Positions 39,115 to 50,065 of a stretch of 64,000 nt of DNA are shown piece after piece (positions within the stretch are counted from its first letter, which is position 1; every line of letters begins with the position of its first letter). The stretch is taken from positions 24,516 through 88,515 of the forward strand of contig JBAZGS010000002.1 in NCBI GenBank assembly GCA_041652755.1, given 5' to 3'. Made by a program: the position numbers and the translations under genes. A model generated the notes under the pieces. That model saw only the letters and a program-made list of their open reading frames with translations, was not told the DNA's origin and did no database searches. Origin of the DNA: Candidatus Nanoarchaeia archaeon. GTDB taxonomy: Archaea; Nanobdellota; Nanobdellia; Tiddalikarchaeales; Tiddalikarchaeaceae.

Positions 39115-40702
39115 AAAATTTTATAAGAGATTTATTATATTTATTATTATGCAAAATAAAGAAGCAGAATCATTCATCAAAACCCATTATGCTAAGCTAA
39201 TTCCTTTAAATACTGCTTTAGAGTTGTCTTATTTTAATGCAATAACCACTGGAAAAAAAGAGTATTATAATGAGTATGAAAACTTGTCAATAGAATTAAA
39301 CAAATTATATAATTCAAAAGAAGATTTTGCGTTTGTGAAAAAATTAAAATCCAAAAAGTTAAATGGCAGGTTATTAAAAAGGCAGATTGATTTGATTTAC
39401 AACTCTTTTCTTAGCGCTCAAGGGGATATTAATCTTATTAAAAAAATTATTGGCTTAAGCGCGAAGATTGAGAAAAGTTTCAACACTTTCAGGGCAAGCA
39501 TTGACGGAAAAGAATTCACCCAAAATGAAATTAACGACATCTTAAAAAAAAGCACTGATTCAGAAGAATTAGAAAAAGCTTGGATGGCAAGCAAGGAGCA
39601 AGGAGCAATAGTTGAGAAAGATATAATAAATTTAGTGAAATTAAGAAATGAGCTGGCACAATCTTTAGGATTCAGCAATTATTACGAATTCTCAATGCAT
39701 TTAAGCGAGCAGGATATGCAAGAGATAAAGAAAATATTTGATGACTTATCAGACCTTACAGAAAATCCGTTTAAAGAGCTGAAAAAACAAGTGGATGATT
39801 GCTTGAAAAAAATGTTTAATGTTATTGAATTGTTTCCTTGGCATTACAAGGACCCTTTTTTTCAAGAAGGCCCTGAAATTTACAAACTTAACCTTGATAA
39901 ATATTACAGCAGTATTGATGTTATAGATGCTGCAGAGAACTTTTATAAAAGCATTGGGCTAGAAGTGTCAGATATTTTGAAAAGAAGCGACCTTTATGAG
40001 AAGCCCGGAAAATTCCAGCATGCTTGCTGCACTCATATTGATAGGAATGGGGATATAAGAATAGTTGAGAACGCGAAAAATAATGAAAAATGGATGACAA
40101 CAACGCTTCACGAATTAGGCCATGCTGTTTATGAAAAATTCATTGACAAAAATCTTCCATTCATGCTAAAGCAAGCATCGCACATTTTTACAACCGAAGC
40201 AATAGCTCAGTTTTTTGGCAAAATGGACAGCTCTTTTGATTTTTTACAAAACTATGGTGGCATAAATACTGAGGAGTTAGTGTCAATAACTAAAGACTTG
40301 AAAAGCATGGTGCGCTTGAATTCCTTAGTTTTTGCAAGATGGTCACTTGTTATGTTTAATTTCGAAAAATCTCTTTATGAGAATCCAAACCAGGACTTAA
40401 ACAAGTTATGGTATGACTTGGTGAAAAAATACCAGCTAATAAATTTTTACAGGGACAAGCCTGATTGGGCTTCAAAAACTCATTTAGCAACAGCTCCAGC
40501 ATATTATCATAATTATTTGCTTGGAGAGTTATTAGCCTCGCAGCTAAGGCATTATTTAAAAAATAATCCTAAGTTATCATTGGAGCAGTATTTTAAGGAA
40601 AAAATTTTCAGCCCCGGAAGAAAATATAAATGGGATGAATTAATCAAAAAAGCAACAGGTGAGCCTTTGAATCCTATATACTTCACCCAAGAGTACTGCT
40701 AA
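39101..40702 (+). CDS. M32-family carboxypeptidase (carboxypeptidase Taq-like)
   Basis: HELGHAVYE (M32 HExxH variant HEAGHALYE) and the GDIRIVEN DxRxT-like motif. Confidence 0.65.
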   Translation: MKTNKKFYKRFIIFIIMQNKEAESFIKTHYAKLIPLNTALELSYFNAITTGKKEYYNEYENLSIELNKLYNSKEDFAFVKKLKSKKLNGRLLKRQIDLIYNSFLSAQGDINLIKKIIGLSAKIEKSFNTFRASIDGKEFTQNEINDILKKSTDSEELEKAWMASKEQGAIVEKDIINLVKLRNELAQSLGFSNYYEFSMHLSEQDMQEIKKIFDDLSDLTENPFKELKKQVDDCLKKMFNVIELFPWHYKDPFFQEGPEIYKLNLDKYYSSIDVIDAAENFYKSIGLEVSDILKRSDLYEKPGKFQHACCTHIDRNGDIRIVENAKNNEKWMTTTLHELGHAVYEKFIDKNLPFMLKQASHIFTTEAIAQFFGKMDSSFDFLQNYGGINTEELVSITKDLKSMVRLNSLVFARWSLVMFNFEKSLYENPNQDLNKLWYDLVKKYQLINFYRDKPDWASKTHLATAPAYYHNYLLGELLASQLRHYLKNNPKLSLEQYFKEKIFSPGRKYKWDELIKKATGEPLNPIYFTQEYC

Positions 40703-40725
40703 AAAATCGCTTTTTTATTTATTAT

Positions 40726-41355
40726 TCAATTTTTTTTGTAGATTTTTATTGACATTATAAACATCCATAATAAGGGTGCTCCTATTTTTATTCTCTGAAG
40801 CAATCCTAAGCATTGTGAAAATAAAGTAATATGCATTAATATTCCTGAAATTATTGAAACAATTCCTAAACTTACAGAAGCATATGCCCATTTTTTTCCA
40901 TAAGTCTTATTTTTAGCTAAGCTTGGTGCTAAAAATATTGGTGCAATAGGCATGAATATTGAAAAACTATTAGTGGTGATTGTGTGAAGTTGTCCAGTGA
41001 AGGTTATGTTAATGCATTTTTCATCGCAAGGGAATATCCCGGTTAAAAACTTGAAAAAGCCACCTATTAGCAAAAAAATGTATGAATTATTTTTTTCAAA
41101 CTCTTTTTTTAAACATATTGAAAAAATAATTGTTAATAAAGCAAAAATCATGAATCCAAGGTTTAAAATAATGCTAAAAGGTGAGGCTGAACTGCCTAAT
41201 TCGCTAATATGCTGCCTTAAAGGGCTATAATCAGTCCATAGTCCTCCCAGAATTGTCACTAATAAAAAATAAAATACTGGCGCAATACTTCCCGTAAGAG
41301 TTAATATTTTCTTCATTAAGTATACAACATTAAGGTTTCTAAAAAGCTTTTCCAT
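40726..41355 (-). CDS. integral membrane protein
   Basis: 6 hydrophobic helices. Confidence 0.3.
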   Translation of the reverse strand: MEKLFRNLNVVYLMKKILTLTGSIAPVFYFLLVTILGGLWTDYSPLRQHISELGSSASPFSIILNLGFMIFALLTIIFSICLKKEFEKNNSYIFLLIGGFFKFLTGIFPCDEKCINITFTGQLHTITTNSFSIFMPIAPIFLAPSLAKNKTYGKKWAYASVSLGIVSIISGILMHITLFSQCLGLLQRIKIGAPLLWMFIMSIKIYKKN

Positions 41356-41370
41356 TTCTTTTTATAATAG

Positions 41371-41856
41371 TTATAAAAATATTTTTTCTAATTCTGACAC
41401 AATAATGGTTTTTTCATACAATGCTTGGATATTTTTTATCCATGAAGCCAATTCTCCTTTGTCAAGCACAAACACTTGTTTTTTGTAGTCTTTTACTGCA
41501 GTTATTATTTCTCCAAGAGTTCCTATTCCTCCAGGCAATGCAACTATTATGTCAGAATCCTTTATCATGCACTCATTTCTTGTAGTGTAAGTCCCAGCAG
41601 TTTCTATTGTTTCATCAGGAAAAGGGCCTATTTTTTCATCCACTTTTTTCATCTCTTCTTCTGAAGGAAAATATGCAGTGTATTTTTTTCCATTGTTTAG
41701 TCTATAAGAATTAACAACCCATTTTGATACTCCAATTCCTCCTCCGCTGATTAATGAGTGATTATTTTTTGCAAGCAGTTCCCCTAAGCTTTCAGCTTCA
41801 GTTTTGTAAGCAGCCGCTTTTTTTTCATCCCAGTACCCAATGATTAAAACATTCAT
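41371..41856 (-). CDS. LOG-family (TIGR00730) Rossmann-fold nucleotide-binding protein
   Basis: LISGGGIGVSKWV and VALPGGIGTLGE motifs. Confidence 0.6.
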   Translation of the reverse strand: MNVLIIGYWDEKKAAAYKTEAESLGELLAKNNHSLISGGGIGVSKWVVNSYRLNNGKKYTAYFPSEEEMKKVDEKIGPFPDETIETAGTYTTRNECMIKDSDIIVALPGGIGTLGEIITAVKDYKKQVFVLDKGELASWIKNIQALYEKTIIVSELEKIFL

Positions 41857-41952
41857 AGTCCATTAGGAATAAGTAATAACTATTTAAATTTTTATTTTTT
41901 ACTTCTTAGTTGTTACACTATTTTAAAAATAAGCAGTTTTTTTAAAATTATC

Positions 41953-43872
41953 ATGCTTATGGGGAGTTTGGACAAATTATTATTCAAAGATAAGGAGATT
42001 TTATTGTCAAACGGCGCGGGCATTCTTAACTGGTTAGGCTATGCAGATGTAGGATTTGATGAGTTTGTAACTAAAAGCATTGGATTAAACGGGCCTGAAG
42101 AGTTATATGAAGCTGTAAGGTATGAAATTGAAAAATATTCAGCTAAAAAGCATAAACTTTCATATGTTGAAGAAAGAGAAATAATAGATAAAGTTTATAA
42201 TTCTTATAAAGAATCTCATCCAAAAGAATGGGAGAATTATTGGAATGGGCTTATGAAAAGGAGCGGATGGAATCCTCCAGTAATGGTTCATGGCAAATTT
42301 GAAGATAAAGAATATTTTGTTAACAGGATGGGTCTTCCAAATCCAGGAGTGAATGAATTAATTAAAAGAATACAAAAATATGAAGGAAAAACTCCAATCA
42401 TTGTTTCAATCTTTGGCCAAAATGATAAAGAATTAGAAAGACTCATTGAATTATTTGAAAGCAATGAAAACATTTCAAATAAAATTAAAGGCTATGAAAT
42501 CAACAAGTCATGCCCTAACACTGCCAAAGGTGAATCAGTTATGGATAAAGAGAAGGAGTCTTTGCTTGATTCAATTAAAACTTTAAGAAATAAAACTAAT
42601 AAAAAATTGTATTTGAAGTTAAGTCCTTTAGTTGATGTTTCAAAGTTCATTGTTGATTTTGAAGCAGCAGGGATTGATGCTTTAACTCTTAGCAACACTG
42701 TTCCTGCAGCAGTTTTTAATAAATATTCTGGCAAGAAAATAATTGAGGGAGGCTTGTCAGGTGAATTATTATTTGAGCACACATTGCACACTATTTACAA
42801 AGCAAGGCAAACAGGCTCAAATCTTAAGATTAATATGAGTGGAGGATTAAATAACATATTTCAAGTTTATCAATCTATACTTTTAGGAGCTGATACTTTG
42901 CAATTAGGCAGCGTTTTTGCAGGCAAAACAAAAGAACAAATTATTACATATATTTCAGGTTTAAGAAACCAGCTTAATATATTGTTAAACACTATTCCTT
43001 TAGATGAAAAATTCAAGCTTATTCCATCAGAGCCTTCATGGTTTGATGAAGTCTTAGAAAATGGCAAATTAAGACTTGAAAATGATGAACATAAAGAGTA
43101 CACTATTAAACAAGTTGTAAAAGAATCAATTGACACTTATACATTGTTTTTTGACAAAAAAATAAAGCACATTCCAGGCCAGTATTTGGCAGTGATGCTA
43201 TGGGATGAAAAAGATAATCCAATGATGAGGCCATACACTTTATCAGGGGACAACAGCATAACAGTAAGGATAAGGGGAGAGATGAGCAAGAGACTTGCAG
43301 GGTTAAGCAAAGGCGATAAAGTTTACATGAGCGAAGCAAGAGGCAATGGTTACAATTTAGGTTTATTAAAAAATAAGAAAGTATTAGTGATTGGGGGTGG
43401 ATGTGGCATTGCATCACTAACTGATTTGGTTGAAAATGTTAATGCTGATTTTGACTTCATTGCAGCTTATAAGTCAAGGGATGAAGTTTTGATGAATATG
43501 GCTGAAAGGATTACAAAAAAAAATGTAAAAAGTTACTCTGAACAAATCTCTGACAAATTGCAAGTGTCAAGGATTAAGTTCATAAACCATGATTACATTG
43601 TTACTTGCGGACCCCAAGCAATGATGCAAGCAATAGTTAATGAAGCAGTTAAGCAAGGCGCTGATGATAATAATATTATTGAGAATATTGAGCGTTACAT
43701 GAAATGCATGGGATTAGGATTATGCGCTTCTTGCGACACAGGAGATAGTAAAGATGATGATAGGGTTTGCGTTAAAGGCACAGTATTTACAGGCAAGCAA
43801 GCCAAAGGTTTTGGCGAAAGGGACAAGAGCGGCGCAATAATTAATGAAAAAAAAAGTGATAACTTATGTTAA
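41953..43872 (+). CDS. pyrDK: dihydroorotate dehydrogenase (class 1B-type catalytic domain) fused to PyrK-like FAD/NAD/[2Fe-2S] electron-transfer domain
   Basis: FVTKSIGLNG, RMGLPNPGV, YEINKSCPNT, KLSP and LSNT are DHOD motifs. The C-terminal RPYTLSG (FAD), GGGCGIAS (NAD) and CMGLGLCASCD...C ([2Fe-2S]) give the PyrK pattern. Confidence 0.7.
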   Translation: MLMGSLDKLLFKDKEILLSNGAGILNWLGYADVGFDEFVTKSIGLNGPEELYEAVRYEIEKYSAKKHKLSYVEEREIIDKVYNSYKESHPKEWENYWNGLMKRSGWNPPVMVHGKFEDKEYFVNRMGLPNPGVNELIKRIQKYEGKTPIIVSIFGQNDKELERLIELFESNENISNKIKGYEINKSCPNTAKGESVMDKEKESLLDSIKTLRNKTNKKLYLKLSPLVDVSKFIVDFEAAGIDALTLSNTVPAAVFNKYSGKKIIEGGLSGELLFEHTLHTIYKARQTGSNLKINMSGGLNNIFQVYQSILLGADTLQLGSVFAGKTKEQIITYISGLRNQLNILLNTIPLDEKFKLIPSEPSWFDEVLENGKLRLENDEHKEYTIKQVVKESIDTYTLFFDKKIKHIPGQYLAVMLWDEKDNPMMRPYTLSGDNSITVRIRGEMSKRLAGLSKGDKVYMSEARGNGYNLGLLKNKKVLVIGGGCGIASLTDLVENVNADFDFIAAYKSRDEVLMNMAERITKKNVKSYSEQISDKLQVSRIKFINHDYIVTCGPQAMMQAIVNEAVKQGADDNNIIENIERYMKCMGLGLCASCDTGDSKDDDRVCVKGTVFTGKQAKGFGERDKSGAIINEKKSDNLC

Positions 43873-43983
43873 TCAAAGGAAATGTTTTGAAAAGCAAGAA
43901 ATAAATACGGAAGAGATTCTGTTAAATGCGAAACAGCATGCCATTACCTATTTTTTAACAATCAAGACTTTGCAGAAAAAGGA

Positions 43984-44412
43984 GTGCTGTTAAAATGCAA
44001 TCCAAGCGTTAAAACTGAAGATGACAGGTTAGAGTTAAATTTCGGGCTAACTAATGGTGAGATTGATTACTTAGTCTCTGACCATGCGCCTCACACAGAA
44101 ATTGACAAATTAGAAAAATATTACTCAGGCCTTCCTTCATATAATGTCGGAATCTATGGCTGGCTGATTAAACAATCAATCCTTAACCCTAAAGGATTAT
44201 CCAACCTTGTCAAGGCTGCAAGCTTGGCTCTTAAGCCTGAATGGGAGATAAAGCCAGGAAACAAAGCCAACATGATAATAATTAACATGGACGGAAGAGA
44301 AGTGAAAGCAGAAAATCAGGAAACAAAAGCCAAAAATTTAAGCCCCTACAATGGCGAATTTCTTCCATACTTATCTGGTTATATTAAGGAAAACTTGGCA
44401 GTATTTTTTTAA
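43984..44412 (+). pseudogene. dihydroorotase (pyrC) C-terminal fragment
   Basis: SDHAPH amidohydrolase motif with only about 140 aa of the C-terminal region. No N-terminal metal-binding HxH region is present upstream in any frame. Confidence 0.5.
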
Positions 44413-44498
44413 ATTAATTACTGTGCAGCAGCTGCTACAACAAGGTTTATTAACAGAATATTTTTCATACAATACTTAATTGAGGTGTTTAGTAACAG

Positions 44499-45458
44499 AT
44501 GAAAATTTTAATGGCAACAGGAAAAAACGGCAAGCTTGATGATTTAGGTGTTAATGCCTTAGAAGCTTATTTACTTAAAGAGCAGAGGATAAAAAACAAT
44601 GAAGAACAAGGATTTAATCCTTTCACTCCAATTTATGAGGCTGATATGAAATTCGAGCCAATAAAAATTGATGCAGCTTCAAATAATTATAACTCCAAAG
44701 TTGAAGAAGTATATGGCTCGCTTATTGATTCAGGAAAATTCGTGCCAGGAGTTTATGGCGATTTCTTCAAGTTTGTTGAAACAAATGAAGGGTTATTCCT
44801 TACTGAACTTGGAAACAAATCTTATAATAAGCCAAATGAAGCCACTGACTTAGGCTTGACATTACTTTCAAAAGACAATCAAGTTTACTCAGTATTCATC
44901 AAAAGAAAAAACGAGCCAGGAAAAGGCAGGGCTGCTTTTGCAGGAGGATTCTGCGATAAAAAATCAGGATATGTTGATTCACCCTTGTTTACTGCAATCA
45001 AAGAAGCAAGCGAAGAGTTCAACTTCAGCTGCAGTGATGATATTGAAAAGTACAGAAATGACTATAACACGAAACAAATAGAATTAAATGTTTTAATAGG
45101 AGAAAAACGCTTTAAAGGGTTATTAGAATATTGCGGAACTTTCAAAACAAGCAATGAATTAATGAAAAACGGCGGAGAAAGAATAAGCGAAAAAAGCGCT
45201 AAAGTAAGGGTTGACAAAACTCATTTGTATATCCTGACTGTCAAGACTGATATGAGTTCTAAAGAGTTAGAGAAAGCATTAAAATCCACTTACAAAGCAG
45301 GCGATGATGCGGCAAAAGTAATAATAGAAAACCTCACAAATTATGCGCTAAGCAATGACTCCAAAGGATTAAATGACAAATTAAAATGCGGAATATTGCA
45401 CCACAAAGATTTAGTCGCAAATTTAGTAAGCAAAGCTTCTTTACTCTTTTTCAAATGA
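44499..45458 (+). CDS. Nudix-like hydrolase domain protein (degenerate Nudix box)
   Basis: AGGFCDKKSGYVDSPLFTAIKEASEEF resembles Gx5Ex7REUxEExGU with K in place of R. Confidence 0.35.
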   Translation: MKILMATGKNGKLDDLGVNALEAYLLKEQRIKNNEEQGFNPFTPIYEADMKFEPIKIDAASNNYNSKVEEVYGSLIDSGKFVPGVYGDFFKFVETNEGLFLTELGNKSYNKPNEATDLGLTLLSKDNQVYSVFIKRKNEPGKGRAAFAGGFCDKKSGYVDSPLFTAIKEASEEFNFSCSDDIEKYRNDYNTKQIELNVLIGEKRFKGLLEYCGTFKTSNELMKNGGERISEKSAKVRVDKTHLYILTVKTDMSSKELEKALKSTYKAGDDAAKVIIENLTNYALSNDSKGLNDKLKCGILHHKDLVANLVSKASLLFFK

Positions 45459-45471
45459 GTTTGACGGACGA

Positions 45472-45837
45472 GTGGTTGGAACAAGCAACAAGGATGAAAT
45501 AGAAATAGGATACTTTACAAAAGGAGGGGATGGATTGGTTGATTTTGAGCCAATAGGTGACTTAGTTAAAGGTGAAGTTTATGGCTTGGCAAGATTAGCA
45601 GTAGCTGAAGGATTTCTTCCTAATTGCGTTTTAGAAATTGCTCCAAGCGCAGGATTATGGGAAAATCAAACTGATGAAGGAGAACTAGGCATGAGTTATG
45701 AAAAAATTGACAGAATGGTAAGGGGGCTAGAGCCATACAATGAAAAAATGCAGAACATGCATGACAATACAGAGAACAAAAGGGAAATGCCTCCAGTTTT
45801 CAAAGTGAATATTGAAGATTACTTGATTAAGGATTAA
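45472..45837 (+). pseudogene. NH3-dependent NAD+ synthetase (nadE) C-terminal fragment
   Basis: GTSNKDEIEIGYFTKGGDG...DLVKGEVYGLAR...PSAGLWENQTDE matches the NadE C-terminal half. The PP-loop SGGxDS N-terminal half is absent. Confidence 0.55.
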
Positions 45838-45878
45838 GAAAACTTATTTAAATCATTGATTATGATTTATTAATAAGC

Positions 45879-46373
45879 ATGAAAAACATTGTTTCATTTT
45901 CACTTTTTTTAATTGTCTTATTATCAGGATGCACAACTAATTATAATTATGAACAAGATGAGCCTGCAATGCCAATTAATGATTATTTTGGGCAGGAAGT
46001 ATTAAGTTACGCTTACAAAGTTGTTAATTCAACCTTTGATTGCTTAAATGGCTCGTGCCCTAATGCTGAGATTAGCAGTAATGGTGTGACAGTTGACTGC
46101 ACTTTTTGCGCAGCCAACAATACTGGAATAATTGGTGACAAATTAAGGGTTAGGATGGGTGTAAGTGGATTTTCTGATTTAGCAGGCAAATGCGCTTTAA
46201 ATGTTGTTAAAAATGAAATAAATGGTTTATTTGATATTATTTCAATGAATGAAACAACAATTATTGCAAAAGTAATTAGAACTGGCAATGTTAAACATTC
46301 AGGAGTCAACTGCACTGATTCTTATGAATACAATTATGAAAATGTTGAGAACTGGATTTTTAATAATGAATAA
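45879..46373 (+). CDS. lipoprotein (signal peptide plus LSGCT lipobox), Cys-containing
   Basis: N-terminal FSLFLIVLLSGCT. Confidence 0.4.
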   Translation: MKNIVSFSLFLIVLLSGCTTNYNYEQDEPAMPINDYFGQEVLSYAYKVVNSTFDCLNGSCPNAEISSNGVTVDCTFCAANNTGIIGDKLRVRMGVSGFSDLAGKCALNVVKNEINGLFDIISMNETTIIAKVIRTGNVKHSGVNCTDSYEYNYENVENWIFNNE

Positions 46374-46399
46374 TAAAAAAAATTAGAAAATAAATGGCT

Positions 46400-46600
46400 T
46401 TATTTTTTCTTTTTCTTCCCTAAAGTGTTAATTTTAAGGAGGTCATAAATAAAGCAATAACCATCTGCTGCTGTTACAAGCAATAAAGCGGCTAATAAGT
46501 AAATCCATACACTGTAAATGTATCCAAGTGCTATGGCTGCTAATCCTAATATTGCTCTAATGATTCTGTCAATTTTGCCTTCATTGTTTTTGAAATCCAT
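46400..46600 (-). CDS. small membrane protein (DUF2892/YgaP-like)
   Basis: RIIRAILGLAAIALG motif and two TM helices. Confidence 0.35.
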   Translation of the reverse strand: MDFKNNEGKIDRIIRAILGLAAIALGYIYSVWIYLLAALLLVTAADGYCFIYDLLKINTLGKKKKK

Positions 46601-46865
46601 GAAAACATTATATTCTGCTTTATTATAAATCTATCAATTAAAATGTTAATACAACTATTATTCCTATGCATGCAGCAATTATTGCATTAATTTTTTGCAT
46701 GTTGCTTCCGAAAATTGCAGTTTTTTCCAATATTCCAAAAGTAATAGCAAATCCTAAAATGAATTTAACAAAAACATCTAAAATTCCTATGCTATTAATT
46801 AATTCAATTGCTTGGCTAGTAACAGTCTCTGCCATGATAATATAATAATGTGATTATTTTTAATC

Positions 46866-47738
46866 TTAATTGATTTTAACTTTTTTCATAAAATTCCTTT
46901 CTTGCTTTTTAATTGTTTGAGGTTTTATTTCATATTTTTTTGCGAGTGAAATGTACTCATCAAATAAATCATACTTGCTTTTTTGCTTTAACAATTTGCC
47001 ATTTTTTAAGTACTCATTAATTCTTGAAAAAATGAAAGGATTGCCCATCGCAGCCCTTCCAATCATCAAGTAATCGCATCCTGTTTCGGTAAGCATTTTT
47101 TTTGCAGAAAATTCGTCAACTACGTCGCCATTTCCAACAACTGGAATATTAACAGCTTGCTTTATTTCTTTAATAGCATTTAAGTCAGCTAATCCGCCAA
47201 ATCCTTGTTTTTGGTATCTTGCATGAACTGTTAACATGTCAGCTCCTGAGGCTTCAATGATTTTAGCGGTCTTAACATAATCAGCCAATTTAGAAGTAAT
47301 CCCTAACCTGATTTTTGCGCTAATAGGCAAATCAGTTGAGGCTCTCATTGCGCTCACTATTTCTCCAATTTTTGTAGGCCTTTTAAGCAAAGCAGCTCCA
47401 GCTCCCTGCCTTACAATTTTTTCACAAGAGCATCCGAAGTTGAAATCAAACATGTCAGGATTAATTTCATTAGGGTAATCATGCTCTAATATTTTTATTG
47501 ATTCCTTTATTAGCTCAGTTTTTGTGCCGAACAATTGAACACCAACAGGCTTTTCATCATTCAAGGTTCTTGCAAGCCTAATAACTGATTTATTGCCCCT
47601 AGTGACTGCATTTACACTAATCATTTCAGTGAACTGCATTGCTGAACCGTACTTGTGGCACATTAATCTGAAAGCAGGGTCGCTTACAACTTCCATTGGA
47701 GCAAAAAATAATTTAGACTTAAAAATTGGAAGTTTCAT
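46866..47738 (-). CDS. dus: tRNA-dihydrouridine synthase
   Basis: FFAPMEVVSDPAFRLMC and the TIM-barrel FMN motifs. Confidence 0.8.
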   Translation of the reverse strand: MKLPIFKSKLFFAPMEVVSDPAFRLMCHKYGSAMQFTEMISVNAVTRGNKSVIRLARTLNDEKPVGVQLFGTKTELIKESIKILEHDYPNEINPDMFDFNFGCSCEKIVRQGAGAALLKRPTKIGEIVSAMRASTDLPISAKIRLGITSKLADYVKTAKIIEASGADMLTVHARYQKQGFGGLADLNAIKEIKQAVNIPVVGNGDVVDEFSAKKMLTETGCDYLMIGRAAMGNPFIFSRINEYLKNGKLLKQKSKYDLFDEYISLAKKYEIKPQTIKKQERNFMKKVKIN

Positions 47739-48600
47739 ATTTAATCATATTTTTTTGCTATTTTTAACCTTTTTTTAATTATTAAATAACATTTTTAAAT
47801 AGTTTTATTTATTTTTTATTTTATGATATATTCAGTAGTTAAGGATGATTCTTTAGAAACAGTTTTTAACATAGTTTTAGGGAAAAAAAATATTGGATTC
47901 ATCTCAAGGTTTGAGCCGTATTCCAAGGAATATTCAAAAATTTTGAATGGTCGAGCTTGCGTAGGGTGGTATATTCAAATTTTTAAAAAGTACCAAAGGA
48001 AAGGACATTGCCTTAATGTCATAAAGCAAATGATTGAAAGCACTGATTGCGAATACTTCGTGATTTCAAAGCCTTTAGATCAAGAGTTATGGAGTGATTT
48101 ATGTGAAAAAATCAAGCAAGAACACCTAATTGAAGATTATTACATTAAGCAAGTAATGAAAAGAGATGTTTGTGAAATACAGGAAGATTTAATTATTAAA
48201 AAATGAATAATCATTTTTTTTTCAGCACAGATTCTAATTTATTCTCGAAAATTTCAAATTTTTTTTCGATTTTCTCGAATCTTTTTTCAATGCTTTCAAA
48301 CTTGTTGACAAGTTTAACCATATCTTCTTTTATCTCTTTTCTAATGACAAAATAGTAAAATATTATGAAAAAAGAGATTATTCCAAGCTCTATTACTATG
48401 TTGCTGTCAAGAATTTGCCCTAATATTGCCAGAGTTACAAGCAAGGCTATTATCAAAGAAGGGGTAATTTTTGAATTCATTATATTAAGACTTGTTTTCC
48501 TTTTTTTAAATTGTTTTCCTTTTTTATAATAATTAAAATTTTTTAATAATTTTATTTAATTTAAACAATTATTTAAATCTTAACAGATTAATTTTATTCT

Positions 48601-49353
48601 ATGAATCCTGGGCGTTTATTACTAATATTATCTGTTATATTAATTGCCGGATGCTCTTCTCAATCTCCAACTTCATGCCCAAGCAGCTGCGATGACAGCC
48701 TTTCTTGCACAACTGATTACTGCTCAAATGAAACTAATTTTGTATGCATTCATAACATGACTTACTTGGAACCATTATTTGAAGACAATATGAGCAATGA
48801 TTTAAGTAATTGGAATGATGTTTATAACAGCAATGCATGGAATGTAAGTGAGGGTGTTTTGAAAACTGATTATGTTAGCATTCAAAACTCTATTCCACCA
48901 TACTTGTTTGCTTCAGGAATTAATGCTTTCAAAGGAGATTATGCAATAAGCGGAAAGTTCAAGATAGAAGATGGAGTGTTTGTAATAATCCTAAGATTAA
49001 ATGATTTCAAAGGGTATTCTTTATGGCTAATGGAAAACATGGCATTATTAATGAAGGTTAATTCCACAACTCCAGGAACTCCCCCAACAATCCTTTCAAT
49101 GGCTCAAACTCCAATCACTAAAGATGTGTGGCTTAATTTTAAAGCAATAGCTGTTGATGATAAGTTCTTGGTGTATCTTGAAGACAGGAAAGTAATAGAT
49201 GTAATTGATAATGATGAACTATTGTCAAGCGGAAATTTCGGCTTCACAATGTCAAGCCAGGCTTTTGACATTGTCTATGACAGAGCTGCAGTAGAAATTG
49301 ATGATGTAAGGATTTATGAAGTGAATGAATCAAATTATTTATGCATTCCCTAA
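48601..49353 (+). CDS. Cys-rich lipoprotein with possible concanavalin-like beta-sandwich domain
   Basis: Signal plus IAGCSS lipobox; the domain call is weak. Confidence 0.3.
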   Translation: MNPGRLLLILSVILIAGCSSQSPTSCPSSCDDSLSCTTDYCSNETNFVCIHNMTYLEPLFEDNMSNDLSNWNDVYNSNAWNVSEGVLKTDYVSIQNSIPPYLFASGINAFKGDYAISGKFKIEDGVFVIILRLNDFKGYSLWLMENMALLMKVNSTTPGTPPTILSMAQTPITKDVWLNFKAIAVDDKFLVYLEDRKVIDVIDNDELLSSGNFGFTMSSQAFDIVYDRAAVEIDDVRIYEVNESNYLCIP

Positions 49354-49384
49354 TAAAAGCTTTATAATTTCTTAATATTTTACT

Positions 49385-50065
49385 ATGGTTATGAAAATAT
49401 ACTGCCTGATTTTTGTTGGAATTATTGTAATCATAGTTTTAGGATTAAATAATATTAATTATTTCTCTATTAATGAGCCGAAAGGTGAGGGTTATTATAT
49501 TGGAAATCTGCACACCCACACTATTGCAAGTGATGGAGAAAATGACTACAATCAAGTTATAAAAGAGGCTGTAAGATTAGGTTTTGATTTCATTGCAATA
49601 ACTGACCATGACACAATAAGTCCCACATTATCTTTGCTTTGCCCTTTAGACAAAAGAATTTTATGCATAATAGGGGAAGAGGTTTCAACATTACAAGGCC
49701 ATGTTTTAGCTTTAGGCATAACTAAAGTTATTGAAAAAGGCTTAAGCGCTAATGAAACAATAAGATTAATTCATGAGCAGAAGGGTTTGGCAATAGCTGC
49801 TCATCCTGGAATTAATCTTGGCGTAACCCAAGACTTATTAAGCATTCTTGATTTTGATGCAGTTGAATGCAACAGCGCATTAAGGCCTGAAGACCAGCCA
49901 ATGGGTTGCAACAATCCATATGTCAAAGTTTATGATTCCGATGCTCATAGTTTAGAAATGCTTTCAACAAGCGCTAATAACTGCAGTTTGTCAACTCTTA
50001 GTTGGCAAGCAATTAAAGAAAGCATCAAATCAGGCAATTGCCAACTGTTTTCGCCAAGAATATAA
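49385..50065 (+). CDS. PHP-domain phosphoesterase
   Basis: GNLHTHTIASDG ... AITDHD ... AAHPG metal-binding motifs. Confidence 0.7.
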   Translation: MVMKIYCLIFVGIIVIIVLGLNNINYFSINEPKGEGYYIGNLHTHTIASDGENDYNQVIKEAVRLGFDFIAITDHDTISPTLSLLCPLDKRILCIIGEEVSTLQGHVLALGITKVIEKGLSANETIRLIHEQKGLAIAAHPGINLGVTQDLLSILDFDAVECNSALRPEDQPMGCNNPYVKVYDSDAHSLEMLSTSANNCSLSTLSWQAIKESIKSGNCQLFSPRI

